From: Laetmonice hystrix
Taxonomy: Eukaryota
Assembly (NCBI GenBank): GCA_965235115.1
Contig: OZ249437.1
Coordinates: 25,482,001-25,546,000, forward strand
Direction: 5' to 3'
DNA: 64,000 bases
The number at the start of each line of letters is the position of its first letter. Within the stretch, counting starts at the first letter, position 1. Made by a program: the position numbers and the translations under genes. Shown here piece after piece: positions 15,687-29,359 of the stretch. Below the pieces are notes generated by a model. The model saw nothing but the letters and a program-made list of their open reading frames with translations, was not told the origin of the DNA and did no database searches.

Positions 15687-15902
15687 CCTTAATCCCCCAC
15701 TTACCTGTCCTATTCCCTAGCGCATAAAGTTTCAAATTTCAAACAGCTCAGCATGTCCTTTCAAAATGTGACAGATACATAACCTGGTCTTGATAGGTCT
15801 GTTCTGTTATCGGTTGTTACCCCCGACCAATGCAGTACCTTTTTGGACTTAGACAAATTTTTGGCCACTTTGGGAATAGGACAGGTAAGTGGGGGATTAA
15901 GG
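15687..15902. mobile_element. MITE, 216 bp, perfect 31-bp TIRs, TA target duplication (Tc1/mariner-type)
   Basis: ccttaatcccccacttacctgtcctattccc (15687-15717) is the exact reverse complement of 15872-15902. TA flanks both ends. No coding capacity. Confidence 0.85.
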
Positions 15903-15947
15903 TATATTATTCCGGTCAAAATATAAGGGCTTTTTGTACACGAACTT

Positions 15948-16087
15948 GGAAGACCAGGGAGACCAATGCATGCAAAATGCTCGGAGGACCAGGGAGACCA
16001 ATGCATGCAAAATGCTCGGAAGACCAGGCAGACCAATGCATGCGAAATGCTCGGAAAACCAGGCAGACCAGTGCTTGCAAAATGCTC
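15948..16087. repeat. Minisatellite, 35-bp unit x4 (ggaagaccagggagaccaatgcatgcaaaatgctc)
   Basis: Four head-to-tail copies read directly. Confidence 0.95.
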
Positions 16088-17259
16088 ACGTATTTCTGTC
16101 TGTACATGCATGCTTTTGAAGCATTCTTTTGCACCATTCAGATGTACTTGGAGAAGTCATATATGCGCCTAAGATATAAGAGATGGTGACAAAGTTACTG
16201 TACTGGTGCGATTACAAATAATATGAAAGCATGTTAACAAGAGGATTTGTCACTGGACGACCACTCGTAGAGTTGTGAACTGCTGTTCAACCTTTGCTTG
16301 TCAGAGGCAGGTCAAACATCCGATATAAGTCCGGGACAGAGGCGACCAGAGCCTTACAAAGTCTTACCACGACCAGACATCATAGCAACATTGTAGGCAA
16401 ACAGGGACAGTAGCAGTCCTCCAGCCGGCATAAAGCCTGGGGACGAAGGGGCCTGGGCCCCGCCTTTTGGTATCCTTGCCAACTCCAGTGTGCGGGTAGG
16501 GTTAGATTTCTTGTGCACATAGAGGCGGTACTATTGCTGGGAGTGTATTTGGTGCAGATGTGGCGTGGCTGCGGCTGCTGCTGCTGACATAGAAGTGTGT
16601 CATGAGCCCCCACCCAGTTGAGACAGCTGATAACGTAAGGCCACAGCACAGGGACTTTGCGCCAGCCCCATGCCGTCAGAAGTCTAGTAGTATGGTAGTG
16701 TATTCTGGACTCGCCTGCAGCCTCCGTGTCAGGGATCCAGCTCTACAAGTGGTCGGTGCTGCCAGCATACGTCAACTCCCTCATTATCACTCATCGGTTG
16801 TGTGCCAGTCGGCTCATCTCGTTACAGTAACATTGATTATTTTGTCACATGACAGTTTTATTGGGGAGAGTTAAAAAAAGTGTGTGAAGTGGACGGTTAG
16901 GGAGCAGAACGAGAAGCAAGCAAGCGGGTCTGGCCTAGTTTGGGAAGGTGAGCCAACCAACCAGTCAGCCAGCCAGCCAGCTCGGCGGCCCACGGACTGT
17001 ACTGTGTGTGTGTGCTGGAGCGGCACCGACCCAGTTAACACAACTTCACACAAGTGGTGCCATCCCGGCCCGCTGCCTACTACTACATACACCCACACCG
17101 CCTTCCAGCATCTGTCTGGGACTGTGCCGCTCTGCCACTGACTCTACTACCACCACTACTGCCGCCACCACCTCCACCACCGCCACCACCACCACGGTCC
17201 TCTTGACAACTCTTTCCTACTTTCCTGTCCTGTGCGAAGTTTCGGATCTATCTACATCT

Positions 17260-17307
17260 ATGGACATGGCAGCCAGCATGGATGTGACCGGAATGGATGA
17301 AGAAGAG
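17260..17307 (+). CDS. Candidate alternative first coding exon: MDMAASMDVTGMDEEE
   Basis: At the 3' end of a GC-rich island with (ACC)n and gccagcca repeats. Ends GAG|gtaact in phase 0. Confidence 0.33.
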
Positions 17308-20300
17308 GTAACTATTTGCTCCTTTGCCCGTACTGTCAACGTTTACCGAGTGCACCAGTCTCCCTCCAGCTCCAAGGTACATGGGGCTGACTTGGATCTT
17401 GTCCCCAAAGTATTGACTTGTCCTGGATCCCAGTGTTTTGGGAGGTGCCCATTTTGGCCAGGCATTGGAGGGGGGTTTGGTAGGGAAAGCTTGGGTTCGT
17501 TTCACAGAGGAGACAGTGATCAGGTACCAGATAGAATTGATTCTAGCCGAGGAGTCAATATTGACCTGGTTAGCCCGGGCCTATTGGTGCCATGGTGAGT
17601 TGAGTCGTTGCAAGGCAGTCATCATAGAGTAGATCTACATGTGAATCACGCACAAAATATGGAGCAGTGGAGTGGATTCTCAGGCCGTGTTATGCCGGTC
17701 GTCTTATACTCGCTGGTTTAAGATTCAAATAATGTGATGTTGACGGTATGTTGTGTATGTAATTATGTATAATGTGTGTCCATGAGTGGGGCGGGGTGGC
17801 TGCGGGCGGGCGGGCGTCAGCGACAAGGTTAGTTAGCTAGGTCAGGTCACCGGCGGGAAGAGGGGGCGGGGCACCCATGGCTAAGTCTCCGCCTCAGCCA
17901 TCGTTCAGCCTAACACCCTTCACGTATTTTATGTTGGAACTTGTTGGATTATGTTAGCTTCCACATTAATATGTTGTCGTGCCACTGGGTGTTGCTCTTT
18001 TCATCTGTTTCTGGTTTATATGTGTTAGATCTTCCTGGATGTAGTTTGGTGTACAACATGTAATCGTTGTACATGTTGGTGTATGGGGAGTGGGCTGGGC
18101 GGGCGGTCTGGGGGTGGGTGGGCGGGCGGGCCATGTCGGTCGGTTGGTGCGTGGTGTTCAGGCCGGTCCGATGATATCAGCCTTTAGATAGTGCATCTCG
18201 GGGCTGATGGCATTGGATGCCACCATACAGGCTATACAATTGAGCCGGCTTGGCAGCGGTCCAGGCGCACGATGATCCAGGCCATCTATCGAGACCAGGG
18301 CCTGCTGCACCCTGCTAGCTCGAGCTGACTAATAGCAGACAAGGACCAACAGTTTTCACTGCTCCAGTTTTAAGTGTATTGTAATTTGACAGTCCTTTCT
18401 TCCAGCCATCTCGCTGTAGTTTCATATAGCCCAGCCATACAGTTGATAAATGTAGGACACTAGCTTAGCACAGACGGTATTTACGACGTGGGACGACACT
18501 GACTTTGTTGTGCTAGGAGGCGCCTGTTGCGGTTGGCTAGGTTTCCTGAGTTGGTGAGGGCAAGGATCTGTCTCCCTCCCTGGATGCTGGCACTGGCCCA
18601 TACAAGAGGCCATATATTGAGGTCAGGCCACAAATACTCGACTCTTCTACCAGGATATGGTGGCAAACGGACTGCCACCGCACAGCCTCGCCACCACAGG
18701 ATCAATTATTGTACAAACCAATCCATTTCTGCCATTAACGGATGAGGTCTGGAGACCTCTAATTGAAACAGGCGAGACTGGGGCCCTGGGTACCAGAGAA
18801 ATTTCCCGTTAAGGCCTCGGAAGTCTTGACTTTTGGTAGTTTTTTTTCTGTTGCAAGAGGAAACAGTCGCGTACTGTTAAGATTTTCTAAACCATTTTAG
18901 GAAAAAGTTAAATGGAAAGTTTAGGCTTGCTTTGGCAATATCCTTTAGACCTTTAAAAAAAGTCGCCATTTTAAACCATTTAAAAAAAACGAGAAAAGGC
19001 AAAGGCGTGATAGGCAGTACCTGTGGATATAAAGCCCTGAATAGAGGCAGTGTGGCAGGTGTCGTGAGGTCCGGCTACGTAATGTTGGTTGTGTTCAAAT
19101 GTTACAGTTCACAAACCCCCAGCTTCATGAGCACTCGGTGACGAATCCTTAATATTGTTAATATATTGTTAAACCTTAATTAAGTTTTCGACGTCGCGCT
19201 GCCCGAGGGGTTGACGGACGGCTACGTCATGTCAATCAGAGGATGAGTCGTTACCAGTTTTTATGGCGGTGGTGGCCTGGTTATAGAATGTCTGGCTGTC
19301 CGGGCCAGTTTTTCGATGTTGGCCAGAGTTCCACTCACGGTACCTTGTGCACCGCCACAATTTTAAAGGCTGCAAGTTTGTCGTATGATGTCTCGAATGC
19401 GGATACAAAATAATAGTTATTTTGAAATTATAATCAGCAACTTCATGGGCAATAATTTTGGGCAGTAGTAAGACGGGATGGTTGTATGGTGAGGGTGGTG
19501 GTGAGGGTCCCGTGTATGAAGGTCGCTCTGTGTGTGGCCCCACCCACCTCATCTCACCCAACCCAACCTCCAGCTAACACCGTGCACATTAGGCCTATAC
19601 GAACCGGCAGATGGGAACAAGGCAGATCTAAACAAGACTACAGCAAAATCTACTCCAGGCTGGCACTTGTGGAAACTATTCCTGATGGCAGGATGGGTGG
19701 GTGGATGGGCAGCCTGTCGTGTGGGTCGATCCCTGGATGTCAGAAGGGAGGGAAATAAGGGTGGGGGTGTTGGGAGAGATGCCAGCCTCAGAGCATGTAT
19801 TGTAGCCGACATCATTTAGGGAACTAACAGTAACATGCTAAAGTTAAGCTTATTTGAACATACATAAATACTACCAACCGGACAGTGAACCTAGGAGTGA
19901 ACCTGTAGGTTTAAATATCAGTTGTCAATGGCTTCATGTGATGTAATTACCGGTAAGTTTCATACATTTTGAGTGGAGAGGATACCGGTTGATAAAGGGA
20001 GTGTCCATAATATAAGAAAGGAATGGAATCGGGGCTCTTACAGATTCTTGCCAAAGAAAATGTACAGAAAGGTCGGCGTCATTGCTAAGAGGGGTAAAAA
20101 GGAAAGAAAATATTCCGCGTGCTTAATGCTAATGGATTTATTTTCAAAAAATTCTGCAAACGATATTTCTTAAACTTTTAGTTTTAGGACTTGCGTTAAT
20201 TATTTTTTTAATTCCAAGTGCTTTCTTTAAAATTCTCTCGATCATTCTTCCCAATTCTAACCCTAAGAATGGTGGCTGATAAGGATGTCATGGTGACATT

Positions 20301-20715
20301 TCTAATGAGAGTTGTTTGTTTGATGTGATATAACTGTCAGAGAGAGTTTACCTACCTGTTAAACAAGGTATCGGTCCCAACTGGCGTTCCCTTCAACTCT
20401 CTCTGGCAGATCGTTATAAATGGATTGTTCCGTGCCTTTTGCATTCCGCGAATGGCTTGCAAACCACCAGCACGACTGCGCGGTTTGTGGGGGCCTGCTT
20501 CCTACAGATAAATAACGCCAGGGATTTTGTGTCGGGTTGCTACGAGATTGCAGGGGTCCTGTCACTCCAGGCGCTCTGAAATTTCATGTAATGTTGATAG
20601 TAAACTTGCCCAGGTAATTGGAGGTCCCGTACGGGTCAGGGGTCGAAAGTAAACGGTGTCCCAGCCTCGGAAGGTGGCCGCGGTTGGACAGTCGGGATGT
20701 TGAACTCGGTGTATC

Positions 20716-20777
20716 TTTGGGGAGGAGGGGAGACGTTTGGGGAGGAGGCGAGACGTTTGGGGAGGAGTGGGGAGGGG
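20716..20777. repeat. G-rich minisatellite, 20-bp unit x about 3 (tttggggaggaggggagacg)
   Basis: Read directly. Confidence 0.85.
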
Positions 20778-22884
20778 ATTGATGAATCAGCTCTTACTAC
20801 TGGAGGTCGCCCTGAGATATTACAAGTGCCATGGGTAGATTACCAAGATCATGGGGTTCTTCCTGGGGGTTAACTAGCTCAACAGTTACGACCCGGAGGG
20901 TCTGAATTATCCTTCACTGTACACCTATCGTTCCATCACCCTCTCGGCCCTGCTGCTGCAACCGTGTGCTGCTGTCGGGCAGTCGGTCGACGAATTCTTA
21001 TCCCGAGTGAGCCGGGCCATGTGGTGCCAATGGTATCGGGGAGGTCGGCCTGAAGGATTTAGCCAAAGATAAGACCGTGCTTGTGGCTCTGTCTCTTCCT
21101 ATAAATATCCTGTCATGCTGATAACTGCAGGAAACCTACAGCTGCTGCTACTACTAGTACTAGCAGCTGCTGCTGAAGCTGAGGCTATCTTATAACATAA
21201 TCACAGAATCTTCATCACGAATAGTCAGATGCTCGTGAATGACTCACATTAGCTTGTCTTTCCGTTTCTTCAGTTGCGCCCCGTTTACCCTGCTTTACTT
21301 TGATAGAGGGCACGCCAGGCTACCATCCGAAAGCTGCAGCCTTTCGGGCTGTAGGGTTCGCCATTATCGGCCCTAAGTGGTAGTCGAAGGAGACTGATAA
21401 TGGTGCCGAGTAATGGAACTGATTGCGGCTGGAGGTCCATTGGACGAGTGGTCCTGGTGGCAGTGATGGGAACCAAGTGTCACTTCAGGTGATTTGAGGG
21501 ACGCGCTCGGTTACAGAGGTCACGCGGCGCACGGCAGGTAGAATAGAAGACTGGTGTGTATGGTATTTACACACTCTAAAACTTGTTTTCTTTTACTCCT
21601 TTCCCTTTCAAAGTTAATACTATGTTGGTAAAAAAGGAGGGGTGACAAATCGGGACACATTAGTCTTAGAATGAGTAATGGAAGTGACTAAGTGAAGGGC
21701 CGAGTCAGCCTGGGAATTTGCGTGGATCTATGGCATGGGTCTCATCTCATGATCATTCACAGAATAAAATTGCTGGTCTCAATAGCTTTAGTGCATGTTG
21801 TTAAACTTCATTATTTTTGCATTGTATTGCATAAACTGTCAAATTGCAGGTAACATGGTACTGGCAAATGTAGCATGATGTTGTTATATCCAGTATGTCA
21901 GAAGTCAGGCCTATTAATACTTTAAACCAACTCGACCAAACCCTCCGCATTTAAAGGCATTACACGACTGACCTGACAAGGTAAAGTGTTAGCGTGTGGC
22001 CATGACCGTTTTAATGTTCCTAACTTAACAGCTCACGCGAGCCACTCTTGATGCCTGAGGGGGCTGCCATGATAGGCGAGCATCTTGTGATGTGCCAATC
22101 GTCTTCGAATTCTCTCGTTTACCAGGAGTTCAATGAAATGAATCGATCGTTGATCTACAGATTTGTCCCAGCTCCAGTGTCAGTGAGGGTCGTGGGAGAG
22201 CAGATTGAGTAGTGTTGTGTATTCGTGGTGGCGGTGGGTTGGGGGGGGGGGGGTTGGTCATGTTGACTGTACCACTGAGAGTGTTGAGTGTCATGTGAGG
22301 CACGGTCTACAAGGTGTGAAGATTTGCTGGTATGAGGGATAGAATATTTTGCATGTAAAAGGTCTGTGTGCAATGTACGTTTGCATGATTGTACATAAGT
22401 GACACAACAGTATATCGATATTTTAAGTGGGAATGCTTACTGGAAAAGTCTTTTTTAAACAATCAAAGAACCGATATTGAAGTTCGGAGGCGCACCTTTA
22501 GATACACCAACAGAGCTCAACATTTTAAACGTTGCACATGTTTAAGGGATTGATCACTTGCAGCAATTTTCCTTGTGATTATTTTGCTCCTTACTGGAGG
22601 ATTTAGGCGATGAGACTGGTACAGCTTTACTTATATTGGCACTGCTGTGTTTTAGCCAGGCCGGAAGGGGGGGGGGGCGCATTGGACTGATTGGCAAAGG
22701 TGTTCATTCAACGGTTGGCTTGCATGTCGGGTGGCACTCGGACTCAAAAAGATGTTGTTAGGTCAGCCATTGGGAACGTGGAATTACTAAGCGGCTACAC
22801 GGTTGTTTCTGTCGCATGTATTCTTTCCAGGGATAAATGAGTGTTGTAGAAATCATGGTTACCACATCAGAAGAGAATCAGAAA

Positions 22885-22997
22885 CTGGGTTCCCACGGTC
22901 ATGAAAAGTAATGGAAAATGAAATGAGGGTTTCCAGGCCTGGAAAAGTCATGGAAAATAGAAAAACGAGGTTAAGACATGAAAAGTCATGGAATTTG
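22885..22997 (+). mobile_element. Truncated end of a hAT-like MITE
   Basis: ctgggttcccacggtcatg followed by repeated gaaaagtcatggaa motifs. Resembles the CAGGGTTCCCACGG-type termini of animal non-autonomous hAT elements (from recall). The other end was not found. Confidence 0.4.
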
Positions 22998-23731
22998 AGA
23001 TTTCTCTTTAACCACTTTTTTTGTTTCTGTTAGGCCTAAATTTGAAAGTTCCACGACGTACTACTAGGGGACATTTATGGTTGTAATGTAATTTAGAAAG
23101 GTGACTGGATTGTATGAGGACGTAGGCGGTATGTATACCGGAATTCAAGTAGAACACCTGGACTTGACGTTTTTAGCAATGAATTGTTAGTGTTTTCTAC
23201 CAGTGAGTTGTAGGTTTTAGAGTACGCCAGTTGATGCGTGTCGTCGTCAGTAGCTATACCTACTAATTCCATACACTAGGTTGGACCTGGTGCCAGATTT
23301 TCGCCGTCAGTTCAGAGTAGGTTGCCATTATTTTGTGCAGTGTTTCTAGTTAGAGTGGCTGGATGTCTGGACCATCATAATACCTGGGGACATCTCAGCT
23401 TTGTATCAATGAAAAACGACTGGCAATATTAACTGTCAGCTGAGTCAACCAGAGAGTAGAGGGGCTAGGTTGGATAGGAAACATGTCCCGACTTGTGCGG
23501 TAAGTCGCCTAGCCCTATGGAGCAACAGCGCCTTGGCTCCCAGATTTGGCATCAGGTGGTAGGGTCCGAGAAACACTGGCACATTAAGTTCCAGGTGTGC
23601 TTATGTAATTCCACTGATCAGCAACCGGCTGGCCGACCAATTGTGTGACTAGGCACGGTCGAGGTGAGACAGTAACGGTTGCTGCCAGGTGTCCAGTTGG
23701 TCAGTACACCTACAGCCAGAACATATCAATC

Positions 23732-23743
23732 ATGATGCCCGAG
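23732..23743 (+). CDS. Candidate alternative first coding segment: MMPE
   Basis: atcATG ATG CCC GAG|gtaagt, perfect donor in phase 0. Inr-like tcagt at 23701. Confidence 0.3.
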
Positions 23744-24825
23744 GTAAGTGACAACCCACACCAACCCTCGTCCGGTCTCTGTTGCCAGTCGGACAGCCAC
23801 GGGATTTTTCCGATTTCTCCCTGAGTTCTACCACCCAGTCTATGTAATTACTGTACATGGTCGTGGGTGTGTACGAAGTGTACTACCGGATGTTTGATTC
23901 AGATAAATCCCACTTGTTTGAATCGTCCAGGTGGCTCGAGTGATATCAGGGGTTGGTTCTATGTGTAGCAAATAAACCGTTACAGCTTGACAGACTTTGC
24001 TCTGTAGTTGGGATAAGTCATAGTGGGAAAAGGTCGTAGGTTAACTAACTGCTGGCAAAGTAATGGTTGGCAAGCGTTGAATAGCGCATGAAGGATGTGA
24101 GCGGACTTGTTTGACGTGTGGTATATAGATTTACGTTGAGCAGGTTCAGACATAATCTACTGTGAGTGTAAATATTATGTACTAGTGTATGCACTACCTA
24201 CCGTTGGATGAGTTCAACTAGCCGCAGTGACTATGTGTGAGCACCCTAGTCGTGGCCGATACAAATTGTGAGATGGTTTCTCTAGACATTGGTTATAATA
24301 CTGCCTGGGGCGGGGAGATCATAAGAGCGCTCATGATGCTGTCAACGTTTCGGTGGCTAGCACCTAGCCAAACTCTCCCTACCTCCCTTCGATCAGCAGT
24401 GTTACACGATGATTCATTGTGTGAAGGGGTTAATAAAATGATTTAAAACTTATGAAGGCAGGGAATGTTAAGAGGTTATTCGGTAGGACTGTTCTTACAG
24501 ATTTTGCATACAATTGCATTCAATTGAATATATTATATTGGAAATTGAAACCTGTGTAGAGGTAGCAGGCTATTTGTTGTATTTTAAAGCTGGCTAGGCC
24601 AATATTGTGTTCCATTCTAAGGAGACGACTTCTTGCATTCATGCAAAGTTTATTTAATTAAAACTTTGGATAGGTAAGACGCGTCTATATAGCTCAGGGA
24701 ATACAATCTCATTTTCAGGACTGAAACTGAAAGATGAAGCCAAGGGAACATAAATCCATTTCTTTCTCATATAACAGAATATCAGCTTCAGTTGGCGTGG
24801 CTAGCTTGTTGTTTAGGACTTTGAA

Positions 24826-25320
24826 GCAGCAAACACCAGTATTGGTTGGGATCAGGTTGTCGAAGATTGCAGCATACACCAGCAAGGATTGGGATCAGGT
24901 TTCGGAGATTGCAGCATACAACCAACCAGCAAGGATTGGGATCAGGTTGTGGAGCTAGCAGCCTACACCAGCAAGGATTGGGATCAGGTTGTGGAGCGAG
25001 CAGCATACACCAGCAAGGATTGGGATCAGGTTGTCGGAGCTAGCAGCATACACCAGCAAGGATTGGGATCAGGTTGTGGAGCTAGCAGCCTACACCAGCA
25101 AGGATTGGGATCAGGTTGTCGCAGATTGCAGCCTACACCAACAAGGATTGGGATCAGGTTGTGGAGCTAGCAGCATACACCAGCAAGGATTGGGATCAGG
25201 TTGTGGAGCTAGCAGCATACACCAACAAGGATTGTGATCAGGTTGTGGGAGATTGCAGCCTACACCAACAAGGATTGGGATCAGGTTGTGGGAGATTGCA
25301 GTATATCGGATGGGATCAGG
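24826..25320. repeat. Minisatellite, about 42-bp unit x about 12 (cagcaaggattgggatcaggttgtggagctagcagcatacac)
   Basis: Tandem copies with two interspersed variants (ggagctagcagc and gagattgcagc). Explains the repetitive ORFs at 24788-25447. Confidence 0.95.
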
Positions 25321-28300
25321 CTGGAGCAGGAAGGAGACCAGACAACGCAAGGTCACGTCTTACCTTCCCGGAAGAGAAAGTTGGGCGCCAGGTTTATCAT
25401 TTTGTGGAAGTTCCTTGAGATTGATGTCAGCAGCCATAAAAGGATGAGAATAGAGTCAAAGAGGATTGGAGTGCATGCGAAAGGTTTTCAGGGCCATCAG
25501 GTATTTTGTCAGATGTCGAAAGGCTGTGATAGGGCAATCATTTCGATCTTACGTCTGAGATTTCTTTAAAGTTGGTCAAACGAGGAAAAGTTGACTGCCT
25601 TGAAAACGAATGAAATAGGTCGGTTATAGAAAGTTTACGTCAGAACGGTCCGATGACTTTTCGCTTACAGTGTGGTTTCATTTTGTTTTGCCGCTTTCGT
25701 TTTTCATCCATACTGATTTTGTTCATTTTGAATCATCGAAAGAACAGTTAACTTATAAAGTATGATAACCTCAAGGAATTGGGATTTCAATACGTAACCC
25801 TCAATCTGGAGAAAATTCAAGGGGGACATAAATTAATGCGTTTTTCTCTCCAAACCTGACAATTTATCCCGTCAAAGCTGAGCGGAATTCGGACTGGTAT
25901 ATATCGCATTGTACTCCACCTGTTGGGGTGAGTCCCCCGGGGTACCAGGCAAGCCCTGCGAGTTAAGTGGCTCACCTCCCAGGTAACATTAGCCCTTCTG
26001 GTAGAGAAGAGTGCCAAGGCGAGCAGCCCTGTGGGAGAGCTGTGTGTGTGTCTCGATCGTCTGAGGCGGCCACCCGACTGATTTATGCTGGTAACCAGGA
26101 AACACATAAATAGCACCTTTGCATGTTTGTTCTCTGTCTTTAGGAGCCCCTAGGATTCTACACTTTATACTTGTCGCAAGAATATGACAGAAAGGTATTT
26201 TAGTTAAATAAGTAATTTCTGAAGACGACGGTCTTGAAGTCATTGTCAATTTCAAAATTTAGACTTTTTAAAATTCTTAAGGAGATAGATGTATGTTCTA
26301 AGAGTTGTTAATTTCCTTTGTCGGTAAGACCATATTCCAGTGCCTGGCAATAACTAGAGATAAGTGGCAGTATAAAGTTAGTTATTGAACTAGATCCAGA
26401 TTACTGCTATAGGTCTTGTACAGTATTTAACTCCTAAAGTGGACGTCATGGATGCTCAAGAATATCCAAGACCTGCACCGCCAGCCGTATCTCCGAAATT
26501 TCAATGGCTTATACAATAATGGGTATTATTGGTTGACAATAAGTAATAATGGAATGGTGATTTATAGTGAAGGTTTGTAAAGGCAGTCGGTTACATAGAA
26601 GTACATATAGTAGGAGAAGCGTGATTATGAGCCCGTTTCAACCCGCTTAGCCGAAAATATAAAATCCATTCAATTGAAGATGAAAAGTAGCTCTTACACG
26701 AACTAGCCTTGACCTTTAAGGGCCAGTTTGTATGTAGGTATCTGTGTGACACTGAGAAGTGGTTGGAGGAAGTGTATGCAGTGTTACAGGTATAGACACT
26801 GGGCCCGTAGTCCTGACTCCCGGCCAGGATTGGCCCAGTGATTGACTGACTGGAGAGGTTGAAGCACGCAGCTCACTCGTACCATGGCTTTCACCAGTTG
26901 CCATCCAGGGGCAGGACCACAGCCTGGCATGCTGAACTGATAGCATAAAAGTCGAGCCAGATATCCGACCTGGATTATCAAAGTAAGATTACGTGGCCGA
27001 CGTAGATGTGATCAGAAGTTTGTCAGTGATAGAAGGATGTGTGGCGTTTGGTGTTCCACAGACAGAATCGATCATGACAGACATGACCATCGGGCCCGTA
27101 ACGAACGGCTCTGCTCCGTCGTAATTGCTTTGTAATTTTAAACAATATCAGGAGCCCCGTAGCGCGCGGGAGAAGACTGAAAAGATGAAGCACGTTTTCC
27201 CGCTGGCTATTTCTAGAAAAAGAACAAGGGACAAAGTCGCAAAAAGCTCAATTCTCTCACGGGTTCCTTTTGACAAAGGGTGTTGAGGGCCGAAGAGAGA
27301 TGGAAGGACCGAGTGTATGTTTGGATATCTTACAGGTGGCTCTGTTAATTGTGACATTAAAATTTTAGGCCGTTACACAGCATCTGTATACGTGTTAAAC
27401 TACAGCCATGAAAGTGTGAAATTTACAGCATTGATAATACCTTGTGGCAATTATAGGGTTCGGGCTACTTTTTAGGGCCAGAGGGTATGATCAGTTTTTA
27501 AACTGAACGATCATTAGGCAGGGTCATTAAAAGTATTGTTGCCTAATGATGGGTGGACTGGGAGTATCATTCCCCGATTCCGCCTTAACAAGGCCCACTG
27601 AAATTAGAAAGATGATCAGGTTATTTTGTACGTTAGGAACCTGATGAACTGTATAGACTGTACAGCCTGAAAAATCACTTTTCAGCACTTGAAATGAAAC
27701 GTTTAGTACAGGCTGGTTTAGAAGCATTCAGAAAACAGTTGCATCACTAAAATGTCTCTTAAAATTGACTGTTATGAACTGTAAAACATTTTTGGGGTCA
27801 TAATACTTTTCCTCTTTGAAGTTGACATTTTTAGTTAGGGGTATTCAAGAATGTCAGTAAGTTGTCCCACTTTAAAGAAAGTGCGAGTGCGCAGTATTCT
27901 GTATTGAACAGTTGCCTGTGGAAAGGATTTTGGCGGAGAGGTAATAGAAATCAAGGTCGTATCCTTTTGAAAATGAATAAATGTATGGATGTTTATCAAG
28001 TATTGTGTTATCTCCTAAAACGTATTCAGGCTGCTCAGGATTGTTGAAATCAGAGAGAAAATTAAAGTGAATGAGAAAAATTAGTTCAAGTGTGAGCAGG
28101 ATGACTTCAAAGTCGCCATGAAAATGGAGGAAAATGTTTTTGTTCCTGTTTTCTTCTCTTGATTCTAATTGGATTCATTTGGAATTTATCTTCAAAGTAA
28201 TATGTTGCTTCAGATGTTACCCATTAACATAGAAGTGTTATTTGAATCCCAAAGTGGTGAACTTACTTGGAACAAGCGCGTCTTTAGTTGCAGTAAGGAG

Positions 28301-29289
28301 AATTTTGAGGGAAAAGTATCTGAAATAAGATTCTTTCCCTGAGGGTTGTTTGGATGTGTGAGTGGCCATTTAAAGGAACGCTGCAAACCACCTCAGCAGT
28401 TTTCTGGCTCCTGAAGTCCAAATCTGTGCCAGTTCTGTGTATAATGCGAGGCGTCTCATTACAGTGGGGGGTTTGGCGTTCAACAGAGGTCGAAAAACAG
28501 GACGTTGGTAGAGAGGCAGGGCCTGTGTGATAGAGCACCCTACGTTTTGATAAAGAATATGATTTATATTCAAGATCCGATTCTTATTCTACCCCCCCCC
28601 CCCCCGACTTGGTGTCTGGTCCCATCGTAATCGCATGAATGTTGACGCTGTGGGTGATGAGGCAGCATCATGCGGATTGCCCAAAAAAACCTGTCCATAT
28701 GCATCTTCTTCTGTGGTTTAAATGCGCCTTGCAAGTCACATGTTGAATTGAAGCATGACTCTATGGTAAGATGACTTGGCAAACACAGGTGTGATGTGCC
28801 CTGAAAGTGAATGTGTGGCGAGACCAATGACTTCTGTTGTTTTCAAAGCCCAACCCAGAAATTCTCCCCCCTCCTTTGCCCGACAGTATGTGCGGGCCAG
28901 CTCTTTGAAAAACCTTATGTAAATGTGGTTGGCTGTCCCGCAGTGGTGAAGTAAGTCGGGGCAGGTCGAAGAAAAGTGTGCTTAGTATGCATCTCAGTAT
29001 CTTTACACAAGTGGTGGTAGGAGTAGAAAAGCAGGGAATGTCATCCGCCCTGTTCTTTCGACATGAATATTGCTAGGAGCCAGGATATTATGAAGGTTGG
29101 TGGACCCGATTTTTCTCGACTGCTGATAAGCACGAATCCAGACTTATTAGACGGTGCAACAATCTCCGTGAGTAGAGGTGGTTTAATATAGTTGCCGGCC
29201 ATGTACTTGAAGGAGATGGTGCCGACTTGATAGCGCTTAATGCATGGACAGAGGTTCAAAGTTAGTTGGGGGTTCACGGTTGGTAAAGT

Positions 29290-29359
29290 CTAGTCTGGAC
29301 GCCAAAAGCATGGTTAGAATTGCTAGTCTGGATGCCAAAAGCATGGTTAGAATTGCTAG
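29290..29359. repeat. Tandem duplication, 33-bp unit x2
   Basis: ctagtctggaygccaaaagcatggttagaattg occurs twice. Confidence 0.9.

Noticed and set aside
24826-25320. Regularly spaced repeats as a CRISPR array (also 31795-32082 and 56727-57418)
   Set aside because: The units are head-to-tail with no unique spacers, there are no cas genes, and the DNA is eukaryotic. These are minisatellites.
26449-26580. Possible first exon (MDAQEY..., MLKNIQ...SE|g or MAYTIM|g)
   Set aside because: The frames either stop or end in phase 1 at weak donors (gtttgt, gtatta), so they cannot join 50122 without an unidentified exon.
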